Assembly: GCA_035701185.1 (NCBI GenBank)
Contig: DASSNX010000112.1
Coordinates: forward strand, 1 to 62,826
Length of the DNA stretch: 62,826 nucleotides
Reading direction: 5' to 3'
From: Candidatus Limnocylindria bacterium
GTDB taxonomy: Bacteria; Chloroflexota; Limnocylindria; QHBO01
Shown: one piece after another, positions 52,230 to 61,885 of the stretch
Layout of the letters: every line of letters begins with the position of its first letter
Position numbering within the stretch: the first letter of the stretch is position 1
Notes under the pieces: model-generated
Told to the model about the DNA's origin: nothing
What the model saw: the letters and a program-made list of their open reading frames with translations, nothing else
The model's database searches: none
Translations under genes and position numbers: made by a program

Positions 52230-53246
52230 ATGGCAGCTGACCACGACCCGGGCGCGGACGCATCGGCCCAGCGGGGAGAGGCGCGGGCGGAGGCGCCGCG
52301 GCATCCGCTGCAGCTCGGTGACGCGGTCGTGCGTGTCGGGACCGCGTCGTGGACCGACCCGACCATGACCGCCCCGGGCGTGTTCTACCCGCCCGATGCC
52401 ACCAACGCCGAGGCGCGGCTGCGCTACTACGCCGATCAGTTCCCGATCGTCGAAGTCGACGCGACCTACTACGCGCTGCCGACCCGGCAGATGGGCGAGC
52501 TGTGGCTCGAGCGCACCCCACCCGAGTTCACCTTCGACATCAAGGCCCATGCGCTGATGACCGGCCAGCCATCCGAGGTGAAGCGGCTGCCGAAGGAGAT
52601 TCGCGAAGACGTCCCGATCGAGCTGGCCGACAAGAAGCGGATCTACGGCAAAGACCTGCCGGCCGAGCTGTACGACGCCATCTGGGACACGTTCCTGGAC
52701 GCACTGAAGCCGCTCTATTCGGCGGGCAAGCTGGGCGCCGTGTTCCTGCAGTACCCACGCTGGTTCTACCCGTCGAACGAGTCGCGGGACGCGATCGTCG
52801 AGGCTCGCCGGCGCCTGGGCGAGGTGCCGATGGCGGTCGAGTTCCGCAGCGGGACGTGGTTCAACGAGAAGAACGCGGATCGGACCCTTCGCTTCCTGGA
52901 GAAGTACCAGATCCCGTTCGTGATGGTCGACGAGCCGCAGACCCGCACCGCGCTGCCACCGATCTACGCGGTCACGTCACCCGACCTGGCCGTCGTGCGC
53001 TTCCACGGCCGGCGGACCGAGACGTGGGAAGCGAAGAACATCCCGGTGGTCGAACGCTTCCGCTACCTGTACGACACCGACGAGCTGGACGAGTGGGTGC
53101 CACGGGTACGTCAGGCGGCCGAGGCCGCACGCAACGTGCACGTCCTCATGAACAACTGCTACGCCAACTACGGCACCACCAACGCGCGTGAGCTGGCCGC
53201 GCTGCTGACCGACGAGGCCGGCGCGCGACCGGCCCCGCCCGACTGA
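52230..53246 (+). CDS. DUF72 family protein
   Basis: Trimmed to the ATG at 52230 to avoid overlap with the divergent MFS gene. VGTASWTDP...FYP......RLRYYADQFPIVEVDATYYALP. Confidence 0.8.
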   Translation: MAADHDPGADASAQRGEARAEAPRHPLQLGDAVVRVGTASWTDPTMTAPGVFYPPDATNAEARLRYYADQFPIVEVDATYYALPTRQMGELWLERTPPEFTFDIKAHALMTGQPSEVKRLPKEIREDVPIELADKKRIYGKDLPAELYDAIWDTFLDALKPLYSAGKLGAVFLQYPRWFYPSNESRDAIVEARRRLGEVPMAVEFRSGTWFNEKNADRTLRFLEKYQIPFVMVDEPQTRTALPPIYAVTSPDLAVVRFHGRRTETWEAKNIPVVERFRYLYDTDELDEWVPRVRQAAEAARNVHVLMNNCYANYGTTNARELAALLTDEAGARPAPPD

Positions 53247-53247
53247 T

Positions 53248-53814
53248 CTAGAGGCTGAGCAACCGGCTGAAGAAGGACCGATAGCGCTGGAACGCCACCC
53301 GCAGGTCCTCGGTCGACGCCTCGCCGCCCTCGTTCCACTGCCGCTCCAGGCCGTTGCGCTCGTTGGCGAACTCCTCGGCGACGCGCTTCATGACCTCCGC
53401 CACCAGCGCATCGGCCGTGGCCACCGCCGAGCGCGGGTCGTCAACGAAGTCGGCCTGCGTCTCCTGCCAGCGGGCGCGGTACTGCTCGGCGGCGTCGCCG
53501 GACATCACCGGCGTCCGCTCGACCTCCCGCTGTTCGGCTGACCGGTCACCGGTCGTCGGATGTTGCTCCGGCTGGCGTGGCTGAACGCCGACGTCATTTG
53601 CCGGAACGTCGGTTGCCGACGTCTCCGTCGAGCTGGCATCGGCTGTCGGACCGGTGGCGACTGGCGGAGCGCTGTCCGCCGCGGGCGTCGCCACCGCCGG
53701 TTGCCTGTCACGCTCTCCCGCCGTGGCGAGGTCGGCGGTCGACACGCTCGACTGTGACTCGGCCAGGTTATCGACGGCTGCTTCCTGTTCAGGTGTCATG
53801 GAATCCTCGTTCAA
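53248..53814 (-). CDS. hypothetical protein, disordered N-terminus + conserved C-terminal helical domain (paralog of next gene)
   Basis: YRARWQETQADFVDDPRSAVATADALVAEVMKRV matches YAAEWRSVQARFVDDPSGSISLADRLVQEVMRAR in the upstream gene. TTG start at 53814 (TTGA overlap) or ATG at 53799. Confidence 0.5.
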   Translation of the reverse strand: MNEDSMTPEQEAAVDNLAESQSSVSTADLATAGERDRQPAVATPAADSAPPVATGPTADASSTETSATDVPANDVGVQPRQPEQHPTTGDRSAEQREVERTPVMSGDAAEQYRARWQETQADFVDDPRSAVATADALVAEVMKRVAEEFANERNGLERQWNEGGEASTEDLRVAFQRYRSFFSRLLSL

Positions 53815-54380
53815 GAACGTGCGCCGGCGGTCGCCGGCTCTCGGGTTTCGACCTGCAGCAGGTCGTCGAAGACGGCCCGGTAATGGACCATCGCCTGGCG
53901 CAGCTCCTCGGTCGGCACTCCGCCGGCCGCGTGACGCTCGGCGATGTCATGGGCCGTCCGGTAGTCGCTGACCGCCTGCGCGTGGTGGACGGAAACGTCC
54001 GCCGCGCGCTGGTCGAAGTCGGTGTCGATGTCGAAGCCGCGGGCCCGCATGACCTCCTGGACCAGCCGATCGGCCAGGGAGATCGAACCCGACGGATCGT
54101 CCACGAAGCGGGCCTGGACGCTGCGCCACTCGGCGGCGTACCGCTCGCGTTCCTCGGGCGGCAGCGACCGAATCTCCATCCGCTCGACCCGCTCCTGCCG
54201 CGCCGCCAGCTCCTGCTCGGCTTCGCGGCGATCGCCGGTTTCCTCGACCGCGCGCCAGTACTCCGGCCCGAAGCGGCTGCTGAGCTCCTGGGTTCGCCGG
54301 CTGCGGCTCCAGGCGTAGAACGCCGCCACGACGGCGGCGACCACCACGATGGCCGCCACGATGATGACAATCGGCTCCAT
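53811..54380 (-). CDS. hypothetical single-pass membrane protein with the same conserved helical domain
   Basis: Track ORF 53811..54953 trimmed to the ATG at 54380. MEPIVIIVAAIVVVAAVVAAFYAW is a TM segment, followed by a charged helical region. Confidence 0.55.
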   Translation of the reverse strand: MEPIVIIVAAIVVVAAVVAAFYAWSRSRRTQELSSRFGPEYWRAVEETGDRREAEQELAARQERVERMEIRSLPPEERERYAAEWRSVQARFVDDPSGSISLADRLVQEVMRARGFDIDTDFDQRAADVSVHHAQAVSDYRTAHDIAERHAAGGVPTEELRQAMVHYRAVFDDLLQVETREPATAGARS

Positions 54381-54451
54381 TGGGGAGCACTCCTCTTCGT
54401 CGGTGTGTTTGCGGGCATGGCTGAATGCAGAGGGCGTGCCACGCCGATCGT

Positions 54452-54919
54452 TCAGCCGAAGAGCGCCGACAGCGCTGCCCACACCAACCAGACGAAGCCG
54501 ATGGCCATGGCGCCGATGACCGCGAGCAACCCGAGGAAGAACGCCCACTGGCCGGCCGTCGAGGCGCTGGGGTTGTCGGCGTAGCGACGCAGCAGCGCGA
54601 CGTTGCGGGCGTTCGACTTGTACCAGAGGTCGAAGGCGTCGCCGATGATCGGCACTGAGCCGATGGCGAAGTCGAGCGCGACGTTGGCCAGCATCCGGGC
54701 CAGCACGACCGTCGGCAGGCCGCGCTGGACGGCGCGGGCGACGATGAGCAGTCCCAGGCCGCCGGCCAAAATGTCGCCGAGCCCGGGGACCAGGCCGATG
54801 ACGGCGTCCAGCCCGATCCGTCGCCCGGTGCCCGGGATCGGGATGCTGTTGTCGAGCAACCAGGCGATCAGCTCGGCATCGGCCACGGACTGTCGGTCTG
54901 CGCGGGTCAGGCGTGCCAT
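54452..54919 (-). CDS. DUF4112 domain-containing membrane protein
   Basis: Only the last 155 aa of track ORF 54452..55762 are protein-like. [25 protein letters not shown]....[30 protein letters not shown]. Confidence 0.7.
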   Translation of the reverse strand: MARLTRADRQSVADAELIAWLLDNSIPIPGTGRRIGLDAVIGLVPGLGDILAGGLGLLIVARAVQRGLPTVVLARMLANVALDFAIGSVPIIGDAFDLWYKSNARNVALLRRYADNPSASTAGQWAFFLGLLAVIGAMAIGFVWLVWAALSALFG

Positions 54920-55009
54920 GCCCGTTCCCGACACCAAGTGGCATGCCACGCACTGGCGCGCGACTTGCTCCGTGCAGGCGCTTGCCAACTCGTAGAGGAT
55001 TGCTCCGAC

Positions 55010-55852
55010 ATGACGTTCCGCCGTGGTGCGCGACTCAATCCCGGGCAGGTCCGTGACCTGCGCGGCGGTGGCGGTGGCCTGGCCGTCGGTGGCGGGCTGG
55101 GCGGGATCGTGCTGCTGGTGGCGGTCCTGCTGCTCGGCGGCAACCCGTCGGACGTGACAAACCTGCTGAACAACGTCACCGTCGGCGGTGGGCAGCAGAG
55201 CGACCTCGAACAGGAGTGCAAGACCGGCGAGGACGCCAACCAGCGCGAGGACTGCCGCATCGTCGGCTTCGTCAACTCCATCCAGGAGTTCTGGAGCGAG
55301 GGGCTCAGTGGTTATCAGCCTGCCCCGACCACGTTCTTCACGGGTGCGGTGAACACCGGCTGCGGCCAGGCCACCAGCCAGGTTGGACCGTTCTATTGCC
55401 CCAATGACAAGCAGGTGTACATCGACCTCGGCTTCTTCGACGAGCTCAAGTCGCGGTTCGGTGCCGAGGGAGGCCCGCTGGCCGAGGGCTACGTCCTCGC
55501 CCACGAATACGGCCATCACGTCCAGGACCTGCTCGGCGACCTGCGCAACAGCGGCGGGACGGGGGCGAATTCGGGATCGGTGCGCACCGAGCTCCAGGCC
55601 GATTGCTACGCCGGCGTGTGGGCCAACCACGCCGAGGAGACCATCCTGGAGCCGATCACCGAGCAGCAGGTGGCCCAGGCGCTCGATGCGGCCAGCGCCG
55701 TCGGCGACGACCGGATCCAGAAGGAGACGCAGGGTCGCATCGACCGCGAGGCCTGGACCCACGGCTCATCCGAGCAGCGACAGCAGTGGTTCACGACCGG
55801 CTGGCAGTCGGGTGACCCGAACCAGTGCGACACCTTCAACGCCGACCTCTGA
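55010..55852 (+). CDS. neutral zinc metallopeptidase (YpfJ family)
   Basis: Trimmed to the ATG at 55010. An N-terminal TM, then [18 protein letters not shown] and [15 protein letters not shown] (HExxH). Confidence 0.8.
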   Translation: MTFRRGARLNPGQVRDLRGGGGGLAVGGGLGGIVLLVAVLLLGGNPSDVTNLLNNVTVGGGQQSDLEQECKTGEDANQREDCRIVGFVNSIQEFWSEGLSGYQPAPTTFFTGAVNTGCGQATSQVGPFYCPNDKQVYIDLGFFDELKSRFGAEGGPLAEGYVLAHEYGHHVQDLLGDLRNSGGTGANSGSVRTELQADCYAGVWANHAEETILEPITEQQVAQALDAASAVGDDRIQKETQGRIDREAWTHGSSEQRQQWFTTGWQSGDPNQCDTFNADL

Positions 55853-55916
55853 GCCCATGGCGCCTGTCCCGGCACGCGACGTGCATGACGGCGCGGCATG
55901 ACCGCATCATTCGTGA

Positions 55917-56963
55917 GTGACGTCGCCTCGATCTCGACGGTTCGCCGCCGGCACCTGGAGTCGCTCCAGCATATCCAGGCCCTGCGGAGTCACACCAGCA
56001 ACGAGCAGCGACGCGCCCGCCTCGCCGCCCTTCGCGCCCGACGCACCAAGCGACCGAGCTTCCGCGCTCGCTGACCACCTACCGCGGGTGGCGCCGCGCG
56101 GGATCGCGCTCGGCGTCTACCCCGCCGGGTTCCCGGTGGATCGCGACGCCGTCGCGAGGTACGCCGAGCGGGCGGGCCGCGCGCCGGCCATCGTCCATTA
56201 CTTCCGGCGCTGGACTGGCGAGCCGGTCTTCGACCCCGAAGCGGCACGTTTCGTCCACGACCTCGGCGCCGTGCCGATGGTCAGCTGGGAGCCGTGGCAG
56301 GGGCTGCAGCCGATCATCGATGGCGCATGGGATGCGCAGCTCACCGCCTACGCCCGGGCGGTCGCCGACTACGGTCAGCCGCTGTTCGTGCGCTTCGCGC
56401 ACGAGATGAACCTGCCGCAGATCCCCTGGTTCGGCTCGCCCGCCACGTTCCGATCGGCCTGGGAGCACGTCCGGTCGGCGTTTGACGGCGCCGGCGCCAC
56501 CAACGTGCGTTGGGTCTGGAGCCCGTACGTCAACGGACGCGGCGTCGCCGACCTGCGCGCCTATTTCCCGGGACCGCACCTCGTCGACTGGCCGGCGCTG
56601 GACGGCTACAACTGGGGCCGCCGCCGGCCGTGGCAGCGCTGGCCGAGCTTTGATCACGTCTTCGGCGCCAGCCTGGCGGCCATCAGCGAGCTGATGCCGG
56701 CGGCGCCGGTCATGCTGGCCGAGGTCGGCTGCGCCGAGCGCGGCGGCGACAAGGCGGCCTGGATGCGCGAGGCGCTCCTCCACGCGATTCCGGGACGGCA
56801 TCCGGAGATCCGCGCCGTGGTGTGGTTCGACCACCATCGGCCTGAGCACGCGGACTGGCGGATCGACTCCTCCCCATCCAGCCTGACCGCCTGGCGGGAG
56901 GCTGCGGCGGACCCTCGCTACCAGTTGAGCGGCCCTGCCCTCGCTGACCTGGCCGCTCCGTAG
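55917..56963 (+). CDS. glycoside hydrolase family 26-like protein
   Basis: LFVRFAHEMN....W and VRWVWSP fit the GH26 acid/base and nucleophile contexts. The N-terminus is uncertain (GTG 55917) and I saw no clear signal peptide. Confidence 0.65.
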   Translation: MTSPRSRRFAAGTWSRSSISRPCGVTPATSSDAPASPPFAPDAPSDRASALADHLPRVAPRGIALGVYPAGFPVDRDAVARYAERAGRAPAIVHYFRRWTGEPVFDPEAARFVHDLGAVPMVSWEPWQGLQPIIDGAWDAQLTAYARAVADYGQPLFVRFAHEMNLPQIPWFGSPATFRSAWEHVRSAFDGAGATNVRWVWSPYVNGRGVADLRAYFPGPHLVDWPALDGYNWGRRRPWQRWPSFDHVFGASLAAISELMPAAPVMLAEVGCAERGGDKAAWMREALLHAIPGRHPEIRAVVWFDHHRPEHADWRIDSSPSSLTAWREAAADPRYQLSGPALADLAAP

Positions 56964-57053
56964 CGGCACGCGCCTGTCGATCTGTCGTCAGCCCGGGCGT
57001 CGTGGGGATGTAGGGCGCGGAAGCGCAACCATCCACGCGGAGGAACACCGACC

Positions 57054-57389
57054 ATGGGCAACAAGATCATTCACGTCGAGGTGACCGGCAAGGACGGCCC
57101 CGCACTGCAGAAGTTCTACAGCGACGTCTTCGGTTGGAGTCTCGACACCAACAACCCGGGCGGCTACGGCATGCTGCGTCAGGATGAGCTGTCGGCCGGC
57201 ATCGGGGCGGCGCAGGACGGCGGCACGGGCCTCGTAACCTTCTATGTCGACGCCGACGATCCGCAGGCCACGCTGCAGCGGGTCGAGGCCGCCGGCGGCA
57301 AGGTCATCATGCCGCTGACGGAGGTGGCCCCGGAGACGACGATCGCGCTGTTCGCCGATCCCGAGGGGCACGTCGTCGGCCTGATGTAG
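57054..57389 (+). CDS. VOC family protein
   Basis: 111 aa. IIHVEVTGKDGPALQKFYSDVFGW...FADPEGHVVGL. Confidence 0.75.
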   Translation: MGNKIIHVEVTGKDGPALQKFYSDVFGWSLDTNNPGGYGMLRQDELSAGIGAAQDGGTGLVTFYVDADDPQATLQRVEAAGGKVIMPLTEVAPETTIALFADPEGHVVGLM

Positions 57390-57408
57390 CGACCCACCCA
57401 GCGACGCG

Positions 57409-57443
57409 GAGCCGGTCCCCGCCCGGGGGCCGGCTCTTCTTGT
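57409..57443 (+). terminator. intrinsic terminator after VOC gene 57054..57389
   Basis: GAGCCGGTCCCC-GCCC-GGGGGCCGGCTC forms a 12-bp stem with one G-U pair, followed by TTCTTGT. Confidence 0.6.
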
Positions 57444-57447
57444 CGGT

Positions 57448-57867
57448 CTAGCGGCCGGGTACCGGTCCTTCCCGCAGGCCGATGACGTTGCCGGATGGAT
57501 CCGTCATCCACGCCCCACGGGCCGGGCCGATCTGGGCGATCCCGTTCTCCGTCTTCGGCTGCTCGTACTCCTCGAACGTGACACCGCGGTCGCGGAGCGT
57601 CGCCATCTCCGCCTCGATGTCGGCGACCTCGAAGTGGCCCACGGTCTGGCCGACGTTCGGCGGCCCGCGGCGGACCGATACCTGGGCGCCGTGGCCCGCC
57701 CCGAAGCGCAGCGCGAACGGCGTTTCGTCGAGGAGCGGCAGGCCGAGCTGCTCCCCGTAGAACCGCCTCGCCTCGTCAAGGTCGTTCACCGCAATCGTGG
57801 TGACCAGCAGCGCGTCGCTCAGCATCTCTTCACCTGCATCTCGGTTGTGGGCGGTATCACGCATCAT
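57448..57867 (-). CDS. VOC family protein
   Basis: TIAVNDLDEARRFYGEQLGL....AWMTDPSGNVIGL. An alternative ATG start lies at 57825. Confidence 0.7.
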   Translation of the reverse strand: MMRDTAHNRDAGEEMLSDALLVTTIAVNDLDEARRFYGEQLGLPLLDETPFALRFGAGHGAQVSVRRGPPNVGQTVGHFEVADIEAEMATLRDRGVTFEEYEQPKTENGIAQIGPARGAWMTDPSGNVIGLREGPVPGR

Positions 57868-57934
57868 CGGCTTCTCGAGGGCGCTGCGCTACACTCGCGC
57901 CTTCCACCACTTCACCGCCCAGGAGCTCTCCGAG

Positions 57935-58876
57935 ATGCGCACCTCGCCCCGAGCCGTGACCCTGACGACCGTATCCGCCGTGGCGGTGCTGCTCATGGCC
58001 TGTACGCCTGGGGCCAGCGTCACTCCGTCCCTGGCGCAGAGCACCGCGGCGTCAGCGTCCGCATCGGCCTCCCAGGCTGCCGCCTGCACGCCGGAGACGA
58101 TGCAGACCAAGACCGCCGGCACCTTCACCGTCGGCACCGACAACCCGGCCTTCCCGCCGTACTTCGATCCGCCCAAGAAGAGCGAGTCGAAGACCGATCC
58201 GTGGGAGTTCGGCGACCCGACCAACGGTCGCGGCTTCGAGAGCGCCGTGGCGTTCGCGCTCGCCGACGAGCTGGGCTATTCGAAGGACCAGGTCACCTGG
58301 GTGCCCGTGCCGTTCAACAACGCCATTGCGCCGGGACCCAAGGACTTCGACGTCTACCTGGCGCAGGTCTCGTTCACCCAGGAGCGCACCAAGGCCGTCG
58401 ACCTGAGCGAGGGCTACTGGTTCAGCAACCAGGCGCTGGTGACGAACGCCGGCTCCCCGCTTGCCAAGGCGAAGACGGTGGCCGAAGTCGCGCAGGCGCA
58501 GCTGGGCGCGGCCGGCAACACCACCAGCCTCACCTACATCACCGACAAGATCAAGCCGGCCAAGGAGCCCCGGGTCTACGACGACAACACCGCGGCCAAG
58601 GCGGCCCTCGAGGCCGGCCAGGTGGACGGCGTCCTGTTCGACCTGGCCACGGCGTTCTACATCGTCAACGTGGAGATGAAGGACGGCGTGGTGGTCGGCC
58701 AGTTCGAGTCCGACCCCGCCGACAAGGAGCACTTCAGCTTCGTCCTGGACCTGGGCAGCCCGCTGACCGACTGCGTCAACCAGGCGCTCACGACCATGGG
58801 CGAGAACGGCGAGCTCGACTCGATCGCCAACGACTGGATGAAGGATTACCTGGACGCGCCGTTCATCAAGCCGTAG
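57935..58876 (+). CDS. amino acid ABC transporter substrate-binding lipoprotein (family 3)
   Basis: Trimmed to the ATG at 57935. The lipobox is VLLMAC. The periplasmic-binding fold shows TFTVGTDNPAFPPY and DGVLFDLATA. Confidence 0.85.
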   Translation: MRTSPRAVTLTTVSAVAVLLMACTPGASVTPSLAQSTAASASASASQAAACTPETMQTKTAGTFTVGTDNPAFPPYFDPPKKSESKTDPWEFGDPTNGRGFESAVAFALADELGYSKDQVTWVPVPFNNAIAPGPKDFDVYLAQVSFTQERTKAVDLSEGYWFSNQALVTNAGSPLAKAKTVAEVAQAQLGAAGNTTSLTYITDKIKPAKEPRVYDDNTAAKAALEAGQVDGVLFDLATAFYIVNVEMKDGVVVGQFESDPADKEHFSFVLDLGSPLTDCVNQALTTMGENGELDSIANDWMKDYLDAPFIKP

Positions 58877-58903
58877 GCCCGGGCGGGGCGGCGGGATGCG
58901 GCG

Positions 58904-59809
58904 GTGAGCGGTCCGCAGCAGGTCGTTGACGAGGTCCCCCCGCCCCCTCGCCGCGGGCGCGGAACGGGAGGTGGCCGCTCCCTGCTGATCGCGGCCGCCT
59001 CGACGGTCGTGGTCTTCACGGCGCTCGGCTTCCTGGTCGTCAACTCCCCCGGCTGGGAGCGCGTGCGCAACGCCTTCCTGGACGGCGAGAACTTCGCCGT
59101 CTCGGCTCCGGGAATCGTCGCCAAGTTCGGCACGAATATCGCGCTGTTCGTGATCGCCGAGGTGCTGATCCTGGCGCTGGCGCTGGTGATCGCCGTGCTG
59201 CGCAGCCTCCCCGGGCCCGTGTTCTTCCCGCTGCGGCTGCTGGCCACCATCTACGCCGACCTGTTCCGGGCACTGCCCGGCGTGCTGGTCATCTACGTCC
59301 TGGGCTTCGGCATCCCGGGCCTGCGCATGCCCGGCGTGCCGAACGACCCGTTCTTCTGGGGCGTGGTGGCGCTCACGCTCCTGTACTCCGCGTACGTGTC
59401 CGAGGTGTATCGCGCCGGCATCGAGTCGGTGCATCCGTCGCAGGCGGCTGCGGCCCGCTCGCTGGGCCTCAGCCAGCTGCAGGCCCTGCGCTACGTCGTC
59501 CTGCCGCAGGCCATCCGACGCGTGGTGCCCCCGCTGCTCAACGACTTCATCGGCCTCCAGAAGGACACCGTGCTGGTCTCCTTCATCGGCGTGGTGGAGA
59601 TCTTCCGGCAGACCCAGATTCGCCAGCAGGCAACCTTCAACTTCACCCCGTACCTCGTCACCGCCCTCGTCTTCCTGGCCGTGACGATCCCGCTGGCGCG
59701 GCTCACCGACTGGCTGGTCGCGCGGGAACGGGATCGCCGCTACGCCGCCACGGTGCAGGCCGGTGCGCGGCGCGCGCGTCGTGGCCGGCTGCTGGGCTTC
59801 GGCCGTTGA
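58904..59809 (+). CDS. amino acid ABC transporter permease
   Basis: AARSLGLSQLQALRYVVLPQAIRRVVPPLLNDFIGLQKDT is the EAA loop of HisM/GlnP-type permeases. Confidence 0.85.
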   Translation: MSGPQQVVDEVPPPPRRGRGTGGGRSLLIAAASTVVVFTALGFLVVNSPGWERVRNAFLDGENFAVSAPGIVAKFGTNIALFVIAEVLILALALVIAVLRSLPGPVFFPLRLLATIYADLFRALPGVLVIYVLGFGIPGLRMPGVPNDPFFWGVVALTLLYSAYVSEVYRAGIESVHPSQAAAARSLGLSQLQALRYVVLPQAIRRVVPPLLNDFIGLQKDTVLVSFIGVVEIFRQTQIRQQATFNFTPYLVTALVFLAVTIPLARLTDWLVARERDRRYAATVQAGARRARRGRLLGFGR

Positions 59810-60612
59810 CCGATCCGATGAGGGAGCCGATGACCGGGCCGATGGGGCCGGCCAACGGGACGGCGCTGCAGGTGGAAGGCCTGTGGAAGTCATTCGGGCC
59901 GCTCCCCGTCCTGCGCGGGATCGACCTGGCCATGGCCGAGCACGAGATCGTGGCGGTCATCGGCGCATCCGGATCCGGCAAGTCCACGCTGCTGCGCTGC
60001 ATCAACCTGACCGAGCCGATCGACGCCGGGCGGATCGTGGTCGAGGGGCAGGAGATCACCGCCGAGGGCGTGGACGTCGACCGCATCCGCCGCCGGATCG
60101 GCATCGTGTTCCAGGCCTTCAACCTGTTCCCGCACATGTCGGTGCTGCAGAACGTGACGCTTGCCCCGCGGAAGGTGCTGGGCCTCTCGTCGGCAGAGGC
60201 GCAGGCGCGGGCCACCGAGCTGCTGGAGCGCTTCGGCCTGGCCGACAAGCGTGACGACTACCCGGACCGCCTTTCCGGCGGGCAGCAGCAGCGCGTGGCC
60301 ATCGTCCGGGCCCTGGCCATGCAGCCGGACCTGCTGCTGCTGGACGAGGTGACCTCGGCGCTCGACCCGGAGCTGGTAGCCGAGGTGCTCAACGTCATCC
60401 GGGAGCTGGCTGCCGCGGGCATGACCATGATCATCGCCACCCACGAGATGGGTTTCGCCCGCGACATCGCATCCCGGGTCCTCTTCCTCGATGGCGGCCG
60501 CATCCTGGAGCAGGGACCGCCCGACCAGATCTTTCGACATCCGAAAGAGCCGCGCACGAGGGAGTTCCTGCAGCGCATCATTGATGCAGGGAGGCTGGAG
60601 GCAACGCAATGA
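59806..60612 (+). CDS. amino acid ABC transporter ATP-binding protein
   Basis: GASGSGKSTLLRCIN, LSGGQQQRVAIVRAL, LLLLDEVTSALDP. Start is TTG 59806 (TTGA overlap) or ATG 59818. Confidence 0.9.
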   Translation: MTDPMREPMTGPMGPANGTALQVEGLWKSFGPLPVLRGIDLAMAEHEIVAVIGASGSGKSTLLRCINLTEPIDAGRIVVEGQEITAEGVDVDRIRRRIGIVFQAFNLFPHMSVLQNVTLAPRKVLGLSSAEAQARATELLERFGLADKRDDYPDRLSGGQQQRVAIVRALAMQPDLLLLDEVTSALDPELVAEVLNVIRELAAAGMTMIIATHEMGFARDIASRVLFLDGGRILEQGPPDQIFRHPKEPRTREFLQRIIDAGRLEATQ

Positions 60613-61595
60613 CAGGCAGGCCTGCTCGTGCCGCGCAGGGACCGCCATGGGCCGTGATCGTGGGGGTGTCCCTGATCGCCGTGCTCGCCCTGGTCATCGT
60701 GGTCGCGCTGGTGCTCAGCAGTCCGCCCGCCGACGCGTCATCCAGCCCCACGCCATCGGCCAGTTCGAGCGCGATTCCGACGGCCTCGATCGGCGCGACG
60801 GCCACCTCGGCACCCACCGCCACCGCCGTGCCGCAGCCATCGGCTCCGGAGCTGCCAAAGGGCATGCTGCCACCGGGTGCCGTCATCAGGATCACGGTCG
60901 ACTTCGTCCGGCTCCGGAGGGAGCCATCGCTGGCGGGCTCCGTGGTGGATCGCATGCACCTCAGCGACTGGGCGTATGTCGAGAACCGGATCGACTATGG
61001 CCCGGTCATGGCCGATGGCTTCGCCTGGTATCGGGTCGCCTATGCCGATGGCCGCGACGTGTGGCCGTTCCAGGACGTCTTCCCGGGCGGCTACGAGACC
61101 GGCTGGATGGCGGCCGGCGACACCGACCAGCCATACGTGGCGCTTGCCGAGGTGAGCTGTCCTGCCGGACCGATCACTCTCGACACCCTGGCCAACCACC
61201 TGACGCCGTGGGAGCGGCTGGTCTGCCTGGGCGGCAAGACCGTCACCCTCGAGGGCCGCTATGGGTGCGACGGCTGCGGCGGCGTCACTCCTGGCGCCAC
61301 ACCTGAATGGCTGGCGGATGCCGCGCAGCATGAGGTCATCGCGGCGCCCGGCGCCATGTACCCCGCCGTCAACTTCGCGGTCCCGCCTGACGCCGAGGTC
61401 CCGAAGGTCGGCGACCTCGTGCGGCTGAAGGTCACCGTCGACGACCCGGTGGCCGAAACGTGCGCCTTCGACCCGCCGTCAGACAGCGAGGCCGGCGCCT
61501 ATGACTACGACCCGCCCGCGGTGCTGCTCTACTGCCGGGAGCTGATGGTGATGGAGTCGGTCAAGGTCACCGGTCACGACGACTTCCCGAAGTAG
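60609..61595 (+). CDS. hypothetical membrane-anchored extracytoplasmic protein
   Basis: ATGA overlap with the ABC ATPase stop. A TM segment (WAVIVGVSLIAVLALVIVVALVL), a Ser/Thr/Pro/Ala linker, then a Cys-containing globular part. Confidence 0.5.
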   Translation: MTGRPARAAQGPPWAVIVGVSLIAVLALVIVVALVLSSPPADASSSPTPSASSSAIPTASIGATATSAPTATAVPQPSAPELPKGMLPPGAVIRITVDFVRLRREPSLAGSVVDRMHLSDWAYVENRIDYGPVMADGFAWYRVAYADGRDVWPFQDVFPGGYETGWMAAGDTDQPYVALAEVSCPAGPITLDTLANHLTPWERLVCLGGKTVTLEGRYGCDGCGGVTPGATPEWLADAAQHEVIAAPGAMYPAVNFAVPPDAEVPKVGDLVRLKVTVDDPVAETCAFDPPSDSEAGAYDYDPPAVLLYCRELMVMESVKVTGHDDFPK

Positions 61596-61604
61596 AGCTG
61601 CGGC

Positions 61605-61790
61605 CTAGTCCTCAGGCTCCTCGCGCGGCGCGTTCTGGGCCGCCGTGTGCGCCACGGCGAATGCCCTCGACTCATCGCCGTCGTACTCCTCCAGCGCGCT
61701 GTTGAACGCCTTCAGAAAGGCGTGCTTCTGGTGGGTCGAGTACTGGTCGGTCTGTTCCTTGGGCAGGTCTGAGATCGTGCTGTATGGCAT
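61605..61790 (-). CDS. chaB: ChaB family protein
   Basis: MPYSTISDLPKE......HQKHAFLKAFNSALEEY parallels E. coli ChaB (MPYKTKSDLPES...AQDIYKEAFNSAW). Confidence 0.75.
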   Translation of the reverse strand: MPYSTISDLPKEQTDQYSTHQKHAFLKAFNSALEEYDGDESRAFAVAHTAAQNAPREEPED

Positions 61791-61885
61791 GCCGACCCTT
61801 CAGCAGAACCGGTGCCGAGCGGGAACTGCCGCGACCGAGCAGACTTGATCGGTGCTCGTTCCCGAGCACCCTGGAGGATCTGCCA

